Of a DNA stretch of 64,000 bases, positions 26,839 to 40,954 are shown in pieces. Position 1 is the stretch's first letter. Every line of letters starts with the position of its first letter. A program made the position numbers and the translations under genes. The stretch is from Eledone cirrhosa (lineage: Eukaryota), in NCBI GenBank assembly GCA_964016885.1, contig OZ024743.1, forward strand, positions 360,840,001 through 360,904,000, in the 5' to 3' direction. The notes under the pieces were generated by a model. It did no database searches and had not been told where the DNA came from. It worked only from the letters and a program-made list of their open reading frames with translations.

Positions 26839-27085
26839 TATATATATATAATTGTTTCTATTTTAGGCACAAGGCCAGCAATTACTCAGTACATTACTGG
26901 TACTTTATTTTATATATATATATTTATTTTATATTATATATATATATAATATATATAATATATATACTTTAATTTATATATATAATATATATAATATATA
27001 TAATATATATAATATATATAATATATATAATAATAATTCAGTCAAATATGTAAATTCGGCTTCATTAACTATAAATTATAAATAT

Positions 27086-27140
27086 ACTGCTATATATATT
27101 TCGGTGACACCCATCATCGGCCGTGACCTCCTCAGGCAGT
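27086..27140 (-). ncRNA. Hammerhead ribozyme (family K)
   Basis: ACTGC CTGAGGA GGTCAC...GTCACC GAAA TATATA TA GCAGT. Confidence 0.85.
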
Positions 27141-27804
27141 CCAAATTAGTGTGGGAAAGACAGGTACACATGTTGTTGAAATGTGTTTTACACTGTCAAT
27201 ACATCGATATGTCCAGCTCCTGGTTGTGTTGCTACTCTTCTGCCGAACTGAAATCATATGTGTTTGAACAACCGAACTTTGGTGTCATACGGCACGCTCG
27301 CATTCTATTGGTCAGTTGTGAGAACATTCCTCAGTCAACTGTCTATAGAAACTTTTCTGAGGCAAGACAATCTGTTGTAGTTGTTTTTGTTTAAGTACAG
27401 CTGTCCTCTTCCATTGTGTTGGTAGTGGTAGTGGTGTTAAGGGGTCAGCATGCAGGTCAGCTTTAGTGTGCTGCTGCTATGTTCTGAAGAATTTGTGTGT
27501 TTAGGTTGGCATCTATCCTGCCACCATTTCACGTGATGGAGGGTGCCAAACAAATAAAAAATAAAAAAATGTGTGAGTGTTACAACCAATATAAACATTT
27601 GAAAGATTCGAATCATATTAACTGAAGTAGAAAACCTGTGTCAGAATCGAGAGTGCAAAGAATTACAATTCTTATTTTATCATCGAGTGTCAAAATCCGG
27701 AAATACAAAGGCCTAAGTTCCTATTTCCGCATAAAGTACATGTGCATGCATGTCAACGCACAACGTTGCAAGCATACACGCACAAACACAAGCTCAGGTG
27801 CATT

Positions 27805-27877
<73 letters not shown>

Positions 27878-27925
27878 CGCACCTACACATATTATATATA
27901 CACACATACATGTATATATATATAG

Positions 27926-27957
<32 letters not shown>

Positions 27958-28090
27958 ACACATATATATATATATATATATAAATATTCAGTAGTTAAGA
28001 AAAACAAGACCACAAATTTACATAGAAGACATTAGTCACAGAGTATCAACATTAGGTGCAGTTTAATATAGAAAAGGGATAGTGATGTAA

Positions 28091-28213
28091 GTTTAGAATT
28101 GTTTCACTACTCCATATAATGTTTCTGGATCAATCAATGGTAACAGAGCTATTGAGTTGGTGCAGAGAAATATAAGTAACATAGAATAATATTATGGAGC
28201 AGATCTTCGGAAC
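28091..28213 (-). ncRNA. Degenerate hammerhead with long stem II
   Basis: GTT CCGAAGA T-CTGCTCCATA...TATGGAGTAG-T GAAA CAATTC TA AAC (U4C change). Confidence 0.55.
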
Positions 28214-28655
28214 ATGGGGAAAGATAAAGAGATTATTACTATATATAAAGCAGATATCAAAATAAAGATGAAATAAAAATAAAAATATAATGGGAGGCTT
28301 ACGTGTCCGTAAAGAATCCTCAGATTAGCAACTCCCTAGATGGGGCACCTAGATGGAGAATTTCATGTGTATGGTATAAATAATCATCAGATGTCTGTCG
28401 AGGCTGAAGCTAAACACTGGTGTCTATCACATACGAAAATGGCTCCCTGTAGGGAAACTATCTTATTGTATAGAGATAGGTTTCGAGGGAGGTAACTCCT
28501 TGGAGAGCCAAGCGTCCTACTAGGAGCTGTAACCAAGGTCGGGTAGGGGGTTAGCTTATAGGTATAGTTGCAATGGGATTCGTAGCTAAGGGAGGTAACT
28601 TATAGGTGCTTATGTCGTGGACAAATGATGCCATTAATTTGTTATATATATATAC

Positions 28656-28830
<175 letters not shown>

Positions 28831-28926
28831 TACATGTAAGTATCTATGTATGTATAATTTTAAATAACAGTACCTATATATGGGCATATGTATAAGTATA
28901 TGTTTCTATAGGCGGGAATAGGGGTG

Positions 28927-28997
<71 letters not shown>

Positions 28998-29313
28998 TGT
29001 GTGTGTGTGTATGTGTGTGTGTGTGTGTGTGTGTGTCGGGGACGTTTAATGATTTGGTAGTGAAATTGGAATAAACACTAGCTTATATGCATGCATGGTT
29101 CCGTACCTCCTGAGGTAGTCGTAGGGGCTCCGTAGTCACTCCTTCTCAGGGTCTGAACATAGCAGAGAGGGATAGAAAGGAATTGAAAAATGCCCCATTT
29201 GGTACATTTTTATTGACCTGGAAAGGATGAAAGGCAAAAATGACCACGGTGGTATTTGAACAGGAAAACTGATGTTTCATGCATATATTTGAGATATTTC
29301 TAATGTATAGATC

Positions 29314-29380
<67 letters not shown>

Positions 29381-29430
29381 GATGAGATTCTACAGGACTA
29401 GAACTGTTTCATTCTTTAGAAATCATCAGG

Positions 29431-29770
29431 AATCTGGAGTAATGTAAAATAGAATAAAATAAATAAGTCAAATATTTAAAATTTGGCTTCGTTTATTACT
29501 GCTATATATATTTCGGTGGCACCCATCTTTGGCTGTGACCTTTTCAGGCAGATCTAATTATTCGGACTGCCTGAAGAGGTCACAGCCAAAGATGGCTGTC
29601 ACCGAAATATATATAGCAGTAATAAACGAAGCCAAATTTTGAATATTTGACTTATTTATTTTATTTTATTTTACATTACTCCAGATTAACCACACCAACC
29701 TGCGCACTTCGTCGAGTGGTCCATTCTGCATACTAGGGTGTTGGTATACAACCAATATATACTCAAAATT
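29431..29770 (+). mobile_element. HHR palindrome with tail (family K); HHR at 29566-29620 (+), mutated mirror at 29498-29551 (-)
   Basis: Arms 29431-29551 and 29567-29688. ACTGC CTGAAGA GGTCACAGCCA-AAGA-TGGCTGTCACC GAAA TATATA TA GCAGT. Confidence 0.88.
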
Positions 29771-29778
29771 TATATATA

Positions 29779-29839
<61 letters not shown>

Positions 29840-29963
29840 ATGTTTTGGGAGGGTCATGTTGCCAATAAGAAACACATGCACCAGTTGCTTTCACTCAAAT
29901 TTATTATAAATTAAATTTATAAATTTAAGAATTTATAAATTTCCGGACGATTGTTCATATATT

Positions 29964-30006
29964 GTCAAAGTTCTTTCGTCACACATTATGTGACCTCTTC
30001 AGTGAC
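29964..30006 (-). ncRNA. Hammerhead in an inverted pLTR upstream of a plus-strand PLE RT
   Basis: GTCA CTGAAGA G-GTCACAT-AAT-GTGTGAC GAAA GAAC TT TGAC; stem III is weak. Confidence 0.65.
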
Positions 30007-30154
30007 TGGGCATTCTTTTCTTTGTTTTTGTGCCTCTCCTTTGTTCTGTCCTACGCCATCTTGTTTTGTGAGGGTTTTGTGCTTAGTTTGCGCATGTGTT
30101 ACATCCGGGTGTCTGTGTGTGTTTATATTTGTTTAGTTATTTGTTTATTTTCTG

Positions 30155-31190
30155 TGGAGAAATGCGTAGAAATGATCAGTGAGAGCAATGTTGAATTCCG
30201 TGGGATTGATACCAGTGAGCTGGGACTCCTACTTAAACTTACCTATAGTAATGATTATCTAGATACATATGACATTCGCAACCTGTGCCCTACAAGACCA
30301 GCAAGAGGCAGACCGCCTACCATTACCTCAATGGCCAAGAAAACCCACACAGATAGATGGAACGGGTGGACCAGAGACATACGGACCCCGGAAAACCACG
30401 ATGAACTAAAGAAAATGATTGCACATGCGGTGGGGGCCAGTATAAAATTAACCCTGAAGGAACATATGTTCGAATGTATTGGAAAAACATATGCACAAGA
30501 GGATGGAGCATCCATTGGTTTTTGCATTGCAGGTGACATAGCTAACCTATTCATGGTATGGTGGGACAATAGACTTAAACTTAAACTTAAAGAACAATTA
30601 GATGACAACAACCTCTTAACCCTGATAATGTACTCCCACTACGTTGATGATATAAACATCGTAGTAAAAACACCCCCACTAGAGAACAGTCAGGAATTAG
30701 AGAAAAAGACCATGGAAAGCATCCAGCAAATAGCTAACTCCATCCACCAAAGTATTAGGGTTACTATAGACTACCCAGCAAACACCCCAACCATTGATTG
30801 CCTGTACTAGACACAGAGTTCTGGTTAGAAACCATTAATAACAAAAAACAAATCCTCCATTCCCATTATGCCAAACCCATGACTTCCAAATATCTGATCC
30901 ACCGAAACTCAGCTGTTTCGGACCACACCAAAATCAACATACTGATTGCGGATTTGGTACGGTTGATGAGAAACGTGTCCCGCATGTGCAACCCCAAAGA
31001 ACTAGAGACAACACATACAACACTTCAACCACCGTATGCAGTTCTCTGGTTACAATCAGAGAGATAAAATCAGAGTATATAGAGGAGCCAGAACCAAATG
31101 GGAAAAAATGGTAAATAATGATACAAATGGGACCTGCCCCTTGCTAGGAGCAAATTTTGGAATAGAATAGAAAGAACTAGGAATAAGATT
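30155..31190 (+). pseudogene. Penelope-like reverse transcriptase fragment (divergent, possibly Nematis-type)
   Basis: YAQEDGASIGFCIAGDIANLFMVWWD, YSHYVDDINI, PVLDTEFW, HYAKPMTSKYLIHRNSA. Frameshifted. The N-terminus of ORF 29962 is antisense pLTR, not coding. Confidence 0.85.
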
Positions 31191-31432
31191 AATCGAATAT
31201 TTATTTACGCTTTAATTTATATTTTTAATTATCGTGTCTATATTCTGCCTTCCATAGGTTATAGATTCCATACACTGGTGGTTTTTCCCTGTTATATTGA
31301 TGGCGCACTGTATCTCTTTCTAGTTTGTTACCTTTTCAACATATTGTATTCTAAAGTGCGCAGGATTTCCTCTCCTTTGAGCACATTATTTACAGGGAAC
31401 GGCGAGAGTCTATGGCTCCGTTAATGCATCGT

Positions 31433-31542
<110 letters not shown>

Positions 31543-31746
31543 GGGAGATTTAATACAGAACATGCTTCTACAGGACTAGAATCTAGCCGTTATATATTAT
31601 TCAATTATGATTGGTTGAAGTAAAATTACAACATGTTTGACGATTCACTTTGTAAGATACTTCCTTATTATTTTATATCTTAAAGTATAGAAATGGAGTA
31701 TACGTGTATAAGGTAGAAAGTATGTAATGTATGTAAGTGCCTGTAT

Positions 31747-32715
31747 ATTTTTTGTTTGTTTTGGTCGTCAAAATTGTATGATTCACAAACATTTATTTAC
31801 AATAGTTTATAACTTTGCCTATTAATCCGTATGGTGAGCAAATGGGGTCCCACGTGCTGGCCTCCCCACAGCCCCGGCGGACAGGATGGAGAAGGCATTT
31901 CTCCGGAGGATGGTAAGGGAGATGCGCTGGAAGAGCCATTCCAACTCGTGAGGCTCACATCTGCGGCCGGCTAGCTCAGCGCCTATGGTGGTGAATAGAG
32001 AGGTAGCCCTAGGGCCAAGGACATCAGAAGTCTCCACTGCCAAGGGCGCGACAGCGAACCTATCGGAAAGCGACCGGTATTTGGAGAGTTTGGCCTCCTC
32101 AGCCCGAGTACCTTGATTAGTCGCACACTGCACCAGGTTGCGGCTGGGGAAAGTGTCGCTGCAAGTGGTATCCCAGACGAGGGATTTGCCACCGAGGAAC
32201 GGGAAGATGATCATACCATCTGGTCTTTTGCCATCCCCTCGGTCCAGCCCCATCGGCTCGAGCTGGGAAGGGAAGCCTGCAGCGTCCAAGCCATGTTTAG
32301 TGACCTCGTTGAGGGCAGCATGGCGTGGAAGGCGGCCGGCACTGTGGCGACAGGAAAGCGTGCGGAGTTCGAAGGTGTCCACGGTGGATCCACAGCGACA
32401 TTTATGTGGCTCGCAGATCCGGAGTCCAAGCCTCAAGGAACGCCCATGCGCAGACTATCGTTATCCAGATGCGTGCCTGTGGAGAAGGAGGTCAAGGCAT
32501 GGAGCCAGGCGCCACTGTAGGGTTTGGAGGCCGCGCGAAAACAGGCAAGGCGGTGCTGGTCGAGCTGACGCGTGAGCCTGTCTGAGGCGAGGCTGCAGTG
32601 GATGGCATCCCATACGCTTTGGCGGGACTTGACGTCAGTTGGGGGAGAAGGAGGAGGGACCTCTACCGGGCTAAGTCCCAGTCTGTGCAACGTCTAACAG
32701 GCGACCTCATGTTCC
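31747..32715 (-). mobile_element. CRE-clade non-LTR retrotransposon 3' fragment (Zn knuckle and REL)
   Basis: SGAWLHAL, CRCG...LSC..SAGRLPRHAALN, LEPMGLDRGDGKRPDG, LVWDTTCSDT, KYRSL, AVETS, QRISL..LRRNA. Confidence 0.9.
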
Positions 32716-34113
32716 CTGAAAACTACGTATTAATGAATATATTACTACTCCGCATATTTTAACTACCACTATTTAAATTGGATTATGTATTGCAGAAAAG
32801 AAAAGTCTCTGGTTTTCAGCAACTATGTATTTTAACTTACATTTTTTTCTTGATTAAATATTTCTTATATATTACTCGAAATCGATATAAAATCAAGTTT
32901 TAAGTTTAGTCAGCCAAGCAGATGATTCACTTCGAAGTTACTTTCAATCAATAAAAGCGACGGGGTGGAAGAAAGTTCACTTTCAAAGAACATTCATCCA
33001 ATCGACACATATTAATTGACCTAAAATACTTTGGTGGTTTGCTTGCAATAAGCAGAACACTGAATTTGTATAAGACATAACAATAAGATAAAAGAAGCGA
33101 TAAGTACGATTAATGATCCTAGATTTATGCATGGAAGTCGAAAGAAGTAAATGATATTCAGGAATATAAGATGGTGCAAAATATTTAATTAAACTCTTGC
33201 ATCTGGCAAATACTACTTGATTAAAATAGTACAAATGAAATACATAATGAACTTTCGTGTTTCACCACGACATAAGTTATGAGCATTAATGAAGTGAACA
33301 TTCTTTCAATAGAGTCTGTTGGTATGATGCCAAATACATCGAAGATACGAACAAAAATATATAAATCCAATAAAGTTTGTCTGATGCAATTTAACGTTAA
33401 ATCTTCATCTTATAAACCGTTTCCTAGCTTTGTGAATCACTTTCATAATGATTAATAAATATTTGATGTAGATCTAAAATATAAAGTTTGAGAAATATCT
33501 TTTATTTAAAGTCAATCTTTGACCTTTCATTTTCAGACAGTTCCATAATATCTATTTAAATATACAACAAAGATCGATTAAATTTAATTATACACATTTA
33601 AATCTTTCTTACGGTGGGTTAAACTCAGTAACAAAGCTCTGAATCACAAATAATGTAACAATTCTTTATACGTATTTCAATATTTTTATCCATCGTCAGT
33701 ATCGTTTACATACTCGGTAATTGTAATATACGAGCAGAGTAGAAAGATTGTACTCTCAATATACAAATCATTTTACTTGATTTCCTCCTTAACACGTTCG
33801 TTACAAAGCAAAGAGGGGACAAAACAAAGGACGAAAACAAAACAAACAAAAAAACAATATTTTAAGATATTATTTTTAAAAAAATACAAACAAAAGTAAC
33901 AGAACTCCAGGGACACAGCGTCTGACATAAGTCAAAGCACTGTACATTGGAGTAAGAGACAAGAGACACAACATTAATATATAGCAATTAAGCTATAACA
34001 AATACATATAAAATATTTATAGGACGTCAGAGAAAAAAGTGTGATACTTTGTATAGTGTATATATGGTGTATATATGGAAGTATATATTATATGTTTATT
34101 TACAATAAACGTT

Positions 34114-34459
34114 TGGGAGCCTCAGTATCGAAGGAACAAATATTGTTCGCTCTTTTTTATCTGTGAAAACGTCACAGACATGTTAATAGCAGTAGAGCGT
34201 TGTATCAAGATTCGTTAATTTATCATCAGTGCTATATTCTTAATGAACATACCAGTAAATGTTATGTATTATAGTTTACCATCCTGTGATTAACGATTGA
34301 GTGAATGTCATTCATTAGACGTTAACGAATTTTGAAACAGCGCTGTGTGGCTCATTCTTCTGGTAGTGACGTATCAGTCGCATTTTCACAGAGAAAGAGA
34401 GATATAGATGATTTTTTTCGTACCGAAAACATACTTTTTCTCAATAGTGAAGCTCCCAT
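34114..34459. mobile_element. Old MITE-like foldback
   Basis: Nested inverted matches tgggagcctca/tgaagctccca, tctgtgaaaa/ttttcacaga, agcgttgtatcaagattcgttaa/ttaacgaattttgaaacagcgct. Confidence 0.55.
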
Positions 34460-34494
34460 GATGTTGATTTTTTTCTCTTTCTCGCTTTTTCCCC

Positions 34495-35172
34495 AATAAC
34501 TTCCATGAGTTATTGACGCACTGCAGTCTTTAACGGGTTGAAATGTCCGTGATCTCCAGCAAACAGGGATTGTCCCCCGCTTGTGCTTTCATTTTATTTT
34601 TAAATACACTTTATCAAGTAACCACACGGCTCCCTGTTTTTCCCAAAAAATGTTTATTAACCTTTTGCTGTGACCTGTTCATTCTTTCTCTCCATTTGCT
34701 TGGTTGGTATTAATCCTTTCCTTTTCTTTCTTTCTCTCACCCCCCCCCCCCCCTCTCTCCCTCTCACTTTTACTCCCCTTCTCTCTGTTCCCCTGCTGCT
34801 TGCCTTTTTCTCTCGTCTCTGCCTCTTTTCGCCTATTCTTGCCGAGGGCAGACGTGTTTTTCTTCGCTCTCCCTAATTCACCATCAAAAAAAGCCTCGGA
34901 CTTATTGGTCAGTAGCTGTTTTTGATCTCTCTCTCGCTCTCTCTTTCCCTCTGCTCCTCTCTCTCTATATATATATATCTCTCCTGGTTACTTATATACA
35001 TAGATGTGCTTCACGTATTCCTCTCTTTTTCAGTATGTTCTCTGTGTTTTTTCCCTTTCTGTTTGATTGCTTCCTCTCCTTTTTCCCTTAATAACTTCCA
35101 TGAGTTATTGACTCACTAGAGTTAGACATATTGTCTTTAATATGTTGAAATGTCCGTGATCTCCAGCAGACA
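34495..35172. repeat. Unit bounded by a direct repeat of about 70 bp; interior homologous (inverted) to about 39560-39965
   Basis: aataacttccatgagttattgac...gaaatgtccgtgatctccagca at 34495 and 35090. aaatacactttatc...ttttgctgtgacc matches the reverse complement of 39858-39935. Confidence 0.65.
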
Positions 35173-35683
35173 TATACATATACTTGTATGTATGTGTATA
35201 ATATACGTGTATATACACCTCTGAGCACCACTAAACTTGCGCTATCCATAATATTAATACGCTGTATTTATTTAAACACCTTTCTACACCAACACCACTA
35301 ATTATATCTAGATCATTAATTCTCGAGGAAATATAATTATAAGTTAACACACTAACTCAGGGCAAAATTTGAACTGGTTACATTAAGGAAAAACTCTGCC
35401 AAAGTCCGCTTCACAATTTTGAGTTTGTAAAATCAAAATTTGAAATATGTATCACTACCAGCAGAATATGATATTAGCTAGTTCAGCCCTCCATTTTTAT
35501 TTGAACTTGTACTTCTTTAATATTAATGATATTTACGTGTTTGCTACGTATTATACACGACTTTCTATCTCATGCATATGCATTTTCCATCATCAACTGT
35601 ATAAGAAAGTTTGTAGAAATTAAAGAGTGGATTTAAATTGTTATCCTTGGTATTTTACTTAATTTTATATATACACATATATA

Positions 35684-35744
<61 letters not shown>

Positions 35745-35797
35745 CATAATATATATATATATATAAAACATAATATATATATATATATAAAAAATAA

Positions 35798-35912
35798 TCT
35801 CTGATGATATGGGATCGATTGTGCATTGGATATCGAATGCTCTACTAAATATATAATATTATAGATGTACCGAGATCTAGGCAAATAGATGTCTATTGAA
35901 ACGTACGTAAGA
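35798..35912 (+). ncRNA. Hammerhead ribozyme with ~90-nt stem II
   Basis: TCT CTGATGA T-ATGGGATC...GATGTCTAT-T GAAA CGTACG TA AGA; stem III ACGTACGT is palindromic. Confidence 0.75.
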
Positions 35913-35956
35913 ACCGAATAAATCTCTTTTACTGCATCTTTCTGTTCTTTTTAATT

Positions 35957-36040
<84 letters not shown>

Positions 36041-36614
36041 ATATATATGTATATAAATATATACATTTTACAATTTGGTTTTGTACATCTAGTAAATTCT
36101 TTGTTAACTTCGGTGGGGAGATTTTTTAAAGATTCCTGGTTAACTCTCCTGGAGAACTATCTCGCGTTCATCGGAGACGATTGTCAAACTGATCTCAGGT
36201 TGTGTTGCACTGTGTGACTTTATATATGATAGATTTGGGTGTGTCTGGGGTGGTTGTTATTGAGTGTCGGAATGAAAGTGTGTTGATGAAGATTTAAAGG
36301 AATTAAATCATATATTTTTACAGAAAATAGTGAACGGTAAGAGCAAGATAATTGATTGGGAGTGGTGTTGGACGGTGTTGGGGTGTTTAAGGAGTGTCTT
36401 AGAAAAGGGTTGTAAAAGTGCCCTGTTGATGGTGCCACTTCAATAAACGAATTTTGGTGAATATATTGGCCAGATGTTTTTCAAATTATTTTCTTATAAC
36501 TGAATCAACTGCCTAAAATCAACATTACGAAAAATGTAATGAAGATCTAACAGCGCGTCCTTTTACTTATATATCTATTGACTGATTAATAGCTCTTGTT
36601 AATTTTAAAACCAA

Positions 36615-37110
36615 TCTGTTGAGAGCTTAATTCGTTTTGTGATATTTTGCAATTTTGCAATAACACACATACTGAATTCATCCGCCAAAACTAAGGGTTG
36701 CCCCTCTTGTTAAGCCCCACGTGGGTTTTGATAACGGTCAGTCCTTGGCTTGACACTGAACTAAAAGTCTGTTGAGAAAGTGACTTCCTTGTTCGATCAT
36801 CATACCAAAAGATTTACATTAATTTTCTAAGCAGACAATACTTGATTTAGGAGTTGCAGAAACCCAAATGCTGGATATTACCAACCTTTCAGGGGTCCGG
36901 GTATAATTTTCAATCATTATTTGTTTGACCCGAATTACTTGGTCGCTTCTATGGCTGTGCGGATAATGGTTTAACCATCGTCTCAGTGTGTTTGGCCTTT
37001 TAACTTATGTTGTTGCTCTAGTTCAGTAGCTTCTATGGAGCGCTTGCCACACATCTCGGAAGTTGTTTTTTGCTAATTTCCAATAGCCGAAATACGATTC
37101 TCGCTAATTT
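36615..37110. repeat. Dispersed unclassified repeat of about 500 bp; inverted copy at 59284-59785
   Basis: Reverse-complement similarity over the full length; both copies abut TA tracts. Confidence 0.85.
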
Positions 37111-37204
37111 ATATTTGTAGAAATATATATATATATATATATTTGTTGAGTGAGATGGAGTTGGTCCGAGTATCGCTTAAGGCTTTCTCTCTTTATGTAT
37201 TGTA

Positions 37205-38055
37205 TCTTACATTGATTTAATCTCGAAAGGTCTATTTTCTACGCGCTCATATATTCACGCAGCTTATGCTGACAGAATAACTATGTAGCTTGTGCCTCTT
37301 CCTATGTACGGTTAGCTTTTCTCTTTGTTGTTTACTTGTCTCACTCGCTTTACGCGTTTTAATTGTCCTAATAACTTAATTTAGTTATTATTGCACCAAC
37401 GTGAGGTATATGATTTTTAATGCAATGAAATATCTATGATCGTTGGCAAATCACTGATGAGGGACTCATTTTATAACATGTTATCCATGTGCAACCTGCA
37501 GTATTCTTCTCCCCATTTTTTCACATATATTTACCTAAACTGCGATTCTGTTTTTCTCTCTCTCTCTCTTACTGCTCCCTCGTTCTCTTTGTTTCTCTTA
37601 CTTTCTTTCGCCCCCTCTGCCATGTCAGTTAACACTTTCTCTCTACTGACCTCTTCCTCACACTTCCACTCACTCACTCACTGTTTCTCCCCTTCTCACT
37701 TCACCCCGTTCGCGACGAAAGCAATTTCCTGCTTTCTTACATTGATTTCATCTCGAAAGGTCTATTTTCTACGCGCTCATATATTCACGCAGCTTATGCT
37801 GACAGAATAACTATGTAGCTTGTGCCTCTTCCTATCTACGGTACGCTTTTCTCTTTGTTGTTTACTTGTCTCACTCGCTTTACGCGTTTTAATTGTCCTA
37901 ATAACTTAATTTAGTTATTATTGCACCAACGTGAGGTATATGATTTTTAATGCAATGAAATATCTATGATCGTTGGCAAATCACTGATGAGGGACTCATT
38001 TTATAACATGTTATCCATGTGCAACCAGCAGTATTCTTCTCCCCATTTTTTCATA
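37205..38055 (+). repeat. Near-identical direct repeat of about 320 bp (period about 530)
   Basis: cttacattgattt.atctcgaaaggtc...ctgatgagggactc...ccccattttttca occurs twice. Confidence 0.9.
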
Positions 38056-38104
38056 TATGAAGAATTAGTATATTTACTATAAAGAATTAGTATATTTACT
38101 AACA

Positions 38105-38549
38105 TATATATACAGATACATACCTATGCCAGCAAATATATAGGTTTTGTCTTAGTAACTTTGTGGTTCAATGCATGGGGATGCAGAACAATAATATGAG
38201 AGACGTAACATAAGAAAATTATAAAAATTAACTTACTTACTAAAATTTCACTCCAACTAATTAGTTTCTGAAAGGGAATAAACGTAGTTTCCCAAGAAAC
38301 GTACGAGAAGCCTTTCGTCATCAGGGAAGTCTATTCCCAGCTAAGTTTCCAGGCAATGCGTGGACACAGCGAACTTATACACGTACTGCCTAGAAACTTA
38401 GCTGAGAATAGACTTCCCTGATGACGAAAGGCTTCTCCGTACGTTTCTTCGGAAACTACGTTTATTCCCTTTTAGAAACTAATTAGTTGGAGTGAAATAT
38501 TAGTAAGTAAGTTAATTTTTAGAATTTTCTTATTTTACGTCTCTCATAT
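38105..38549 (-). mobile_element. HHR palindrome with tail (family O); HHRs at 38250-38330 (-) and 38412-38493 (+)
   Basis: Arms about 38194-38362 and 38377-38549. ACTTCC CTGATGA C-GAAAGG...CCTTTT-A GAAA CTAATTAG TT GGAGT. Confidence 0.82.
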
Positions 38550-38722
38550 ATATATATATATATATCAACTACAAATTGATTGACATATATATATAAAATA
38601 AACATATGAAACAATCACAGGGAATAATTTGTAAAGAGTGTAAGCACACACAGCTAGGTAGGTAACTAAAGTTTAACTAGATCCTTCAAATATACATACC
38701 TTTTAAAATGGTTAATCTCCTT

Positions 38723-38799
<77 letters not shown>

Positions 38800-39208
38800 G
38801 GAATAGAATGAAACGAAATTTCATTTCTCACTCTTAATACGGCACTTACTTAAATGCAAGTATGTATGTATACGTACATAAATATATGTATACAGACGTA
38901 CAGTAGCATGTATATATATATACATACAGGCACACATATATATATATGCACGTATCAGTTTACCGAACATTTATTATAATGCTCGGTTTGTTCGTTTGTA
39001 AACAAACAGACAGCCTGATTTACGCCGTACAATGTTTAGGCAACCACGTCACCTTTTTGTTCAACACTGACACAGGAACGATGTACTAGTTTCAAGCTTA
39101 TTAGCTATCGTCAGCACCGTATACCTTTCTGCCAGATGGTTCAACGTCCGAAAGTATATACTTTCCTTATGAAAATTAACGGCTGAGCAGCCTAATTTGC
39201 ATATCGAG

Positions 39209-39404
<196 letters not shown>

Positions 39405-40116
39405 GAGTGATATGGTTTGTTGATTATTCAACAATGTTAATTTTACAAAAGATTAGAAGCACTCTATAAAGTTTATCTGGAGAAGCATTAATATTTAGAA
39501 TATTAATAAATGGAAAACATCTTTATAAAACCATACCGAAGAGGGAACCCGAAAGCAGATGTGTGTGAACAACCGAAGAGAGAGAAAAAGTTAAAGTCCA
39601 TTTGAGATACTGGACTTAAAGCCGAGGAAGTGTGGATCTGACAAAAACAAGTCTGACCCGGCAAGAGTAGGTGAGAAAGAGACAGGCGAGAGAAACAGTG
39701 GAAGCAGCGGGTTAGTTAGCAGAGAAAGGGAGAGTAAAAGTGAGAGGGAGAAAGGGAGAGGAAGAAAGAAAGGGGAAGAGTTAATAGCAACAAAGTAGAT
39801 ATCTTTCTTTATTTTGAAAGATAGATATCTTAAAGTAGATAGGCAGAAAGAGAGTATGGGTCACAGCAAAACATTATTTTTTTTTTTTAGAAGAAATCGG
39901 CGATGTGTGGTTGCTGGATAAAGTGTATTTATAAGTTAGAGGAAAGCATGAACGGCGGATAATTTCCCTTCATATATATATATATATGTTATGTTTGTGC
40001 ATGGGATAATCGACCAATGACGGACGTAGAATAGCATGATGTTCATATGTGCTGTGGATAGCTAATAGCTAGATATATGAACGCACAGAATCCGAGATGA
40101 GCTCATATACCAAGCA

Positions 40117-40202
40117 TATCTGACGATCTTTCGATTTCAGAGTCAGGTCCGATCTATACTATGTCTTGCCTCGAGCTGATCGATAGTGAAACATCTGTAA
40201 TA
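40117..40202 (+). ncRNA. Hammerhead ribozyme with long stem II
   Basis: TAT CTGACGA T-CTTTCGAT...ATCGATAG-T GAAA CATCTG TA ATA. Confidence 0.7.
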
Positions 40203-40337
40203 GGTTATTAAATATGTTATAATGCAACACTGAATTTTTGTTTCTCATCCATATAATATACTCTGCTATATATATATACCGCCGTCAGACGCATTTTTCA
40301 TGCAGCCATACAACTATATGTATATATATATATATAT

Positions 40338-40776
40338 ATAATGAAGGAAATGTGGTAAGGAACCAGGTGGACAATAACGCACCAAAGTACTCAATACTTA
40401 GGGTAGTAGAGTGGGTAATAGGAACAAGTAAGACCCCGACGGCTGAGCTCAAGCCGTTTCGACGGCTAATTCAGTCCAGAATTAGCCGTCAAAACGGCTT
40501 GAGCTCAGCCGTCGGGGTCTTACTTATTCCTATATATATATATATATATATATATAGAATTAATACATCTCCCAACATATGCGTACAGATGTACACTAAT
40601 ACTAGTAAATATATAAGTTATGTCAAAGTACCTAGGTGGTTCAATGCAGGGGGATGCAGAACAATTATATGAAAGACGTAAAATAAGAAAATTTTAAAAA
40701 TTAAAAATTAACTTACTTACTAAAATTTTAGTAAGTAAGTTAATTTTTAATTTTTAAAATGTTCTTATTTTACGTC

Positions 40777-40819
<43 letters not shown>

Positions 40820-40954
40820 TCCAGAATTAGCCGTCGAAACGGCTTGAGCTCAGCTGTCGGGGTCTTACTGGTCCCTATTACCCACTCTACTACCTCAAGT
40901 ATTGAGTACTTTGGTGCGTTATGGTCCACCTGGTTCCTTACCACATTTCCTTCG

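Noticed and set aside
32113-32585. Plus-strand GC-rich ORFs of 86-145 aa
   Set aside because: They are antisense shadows of the minus-strand CRE-like ORF.
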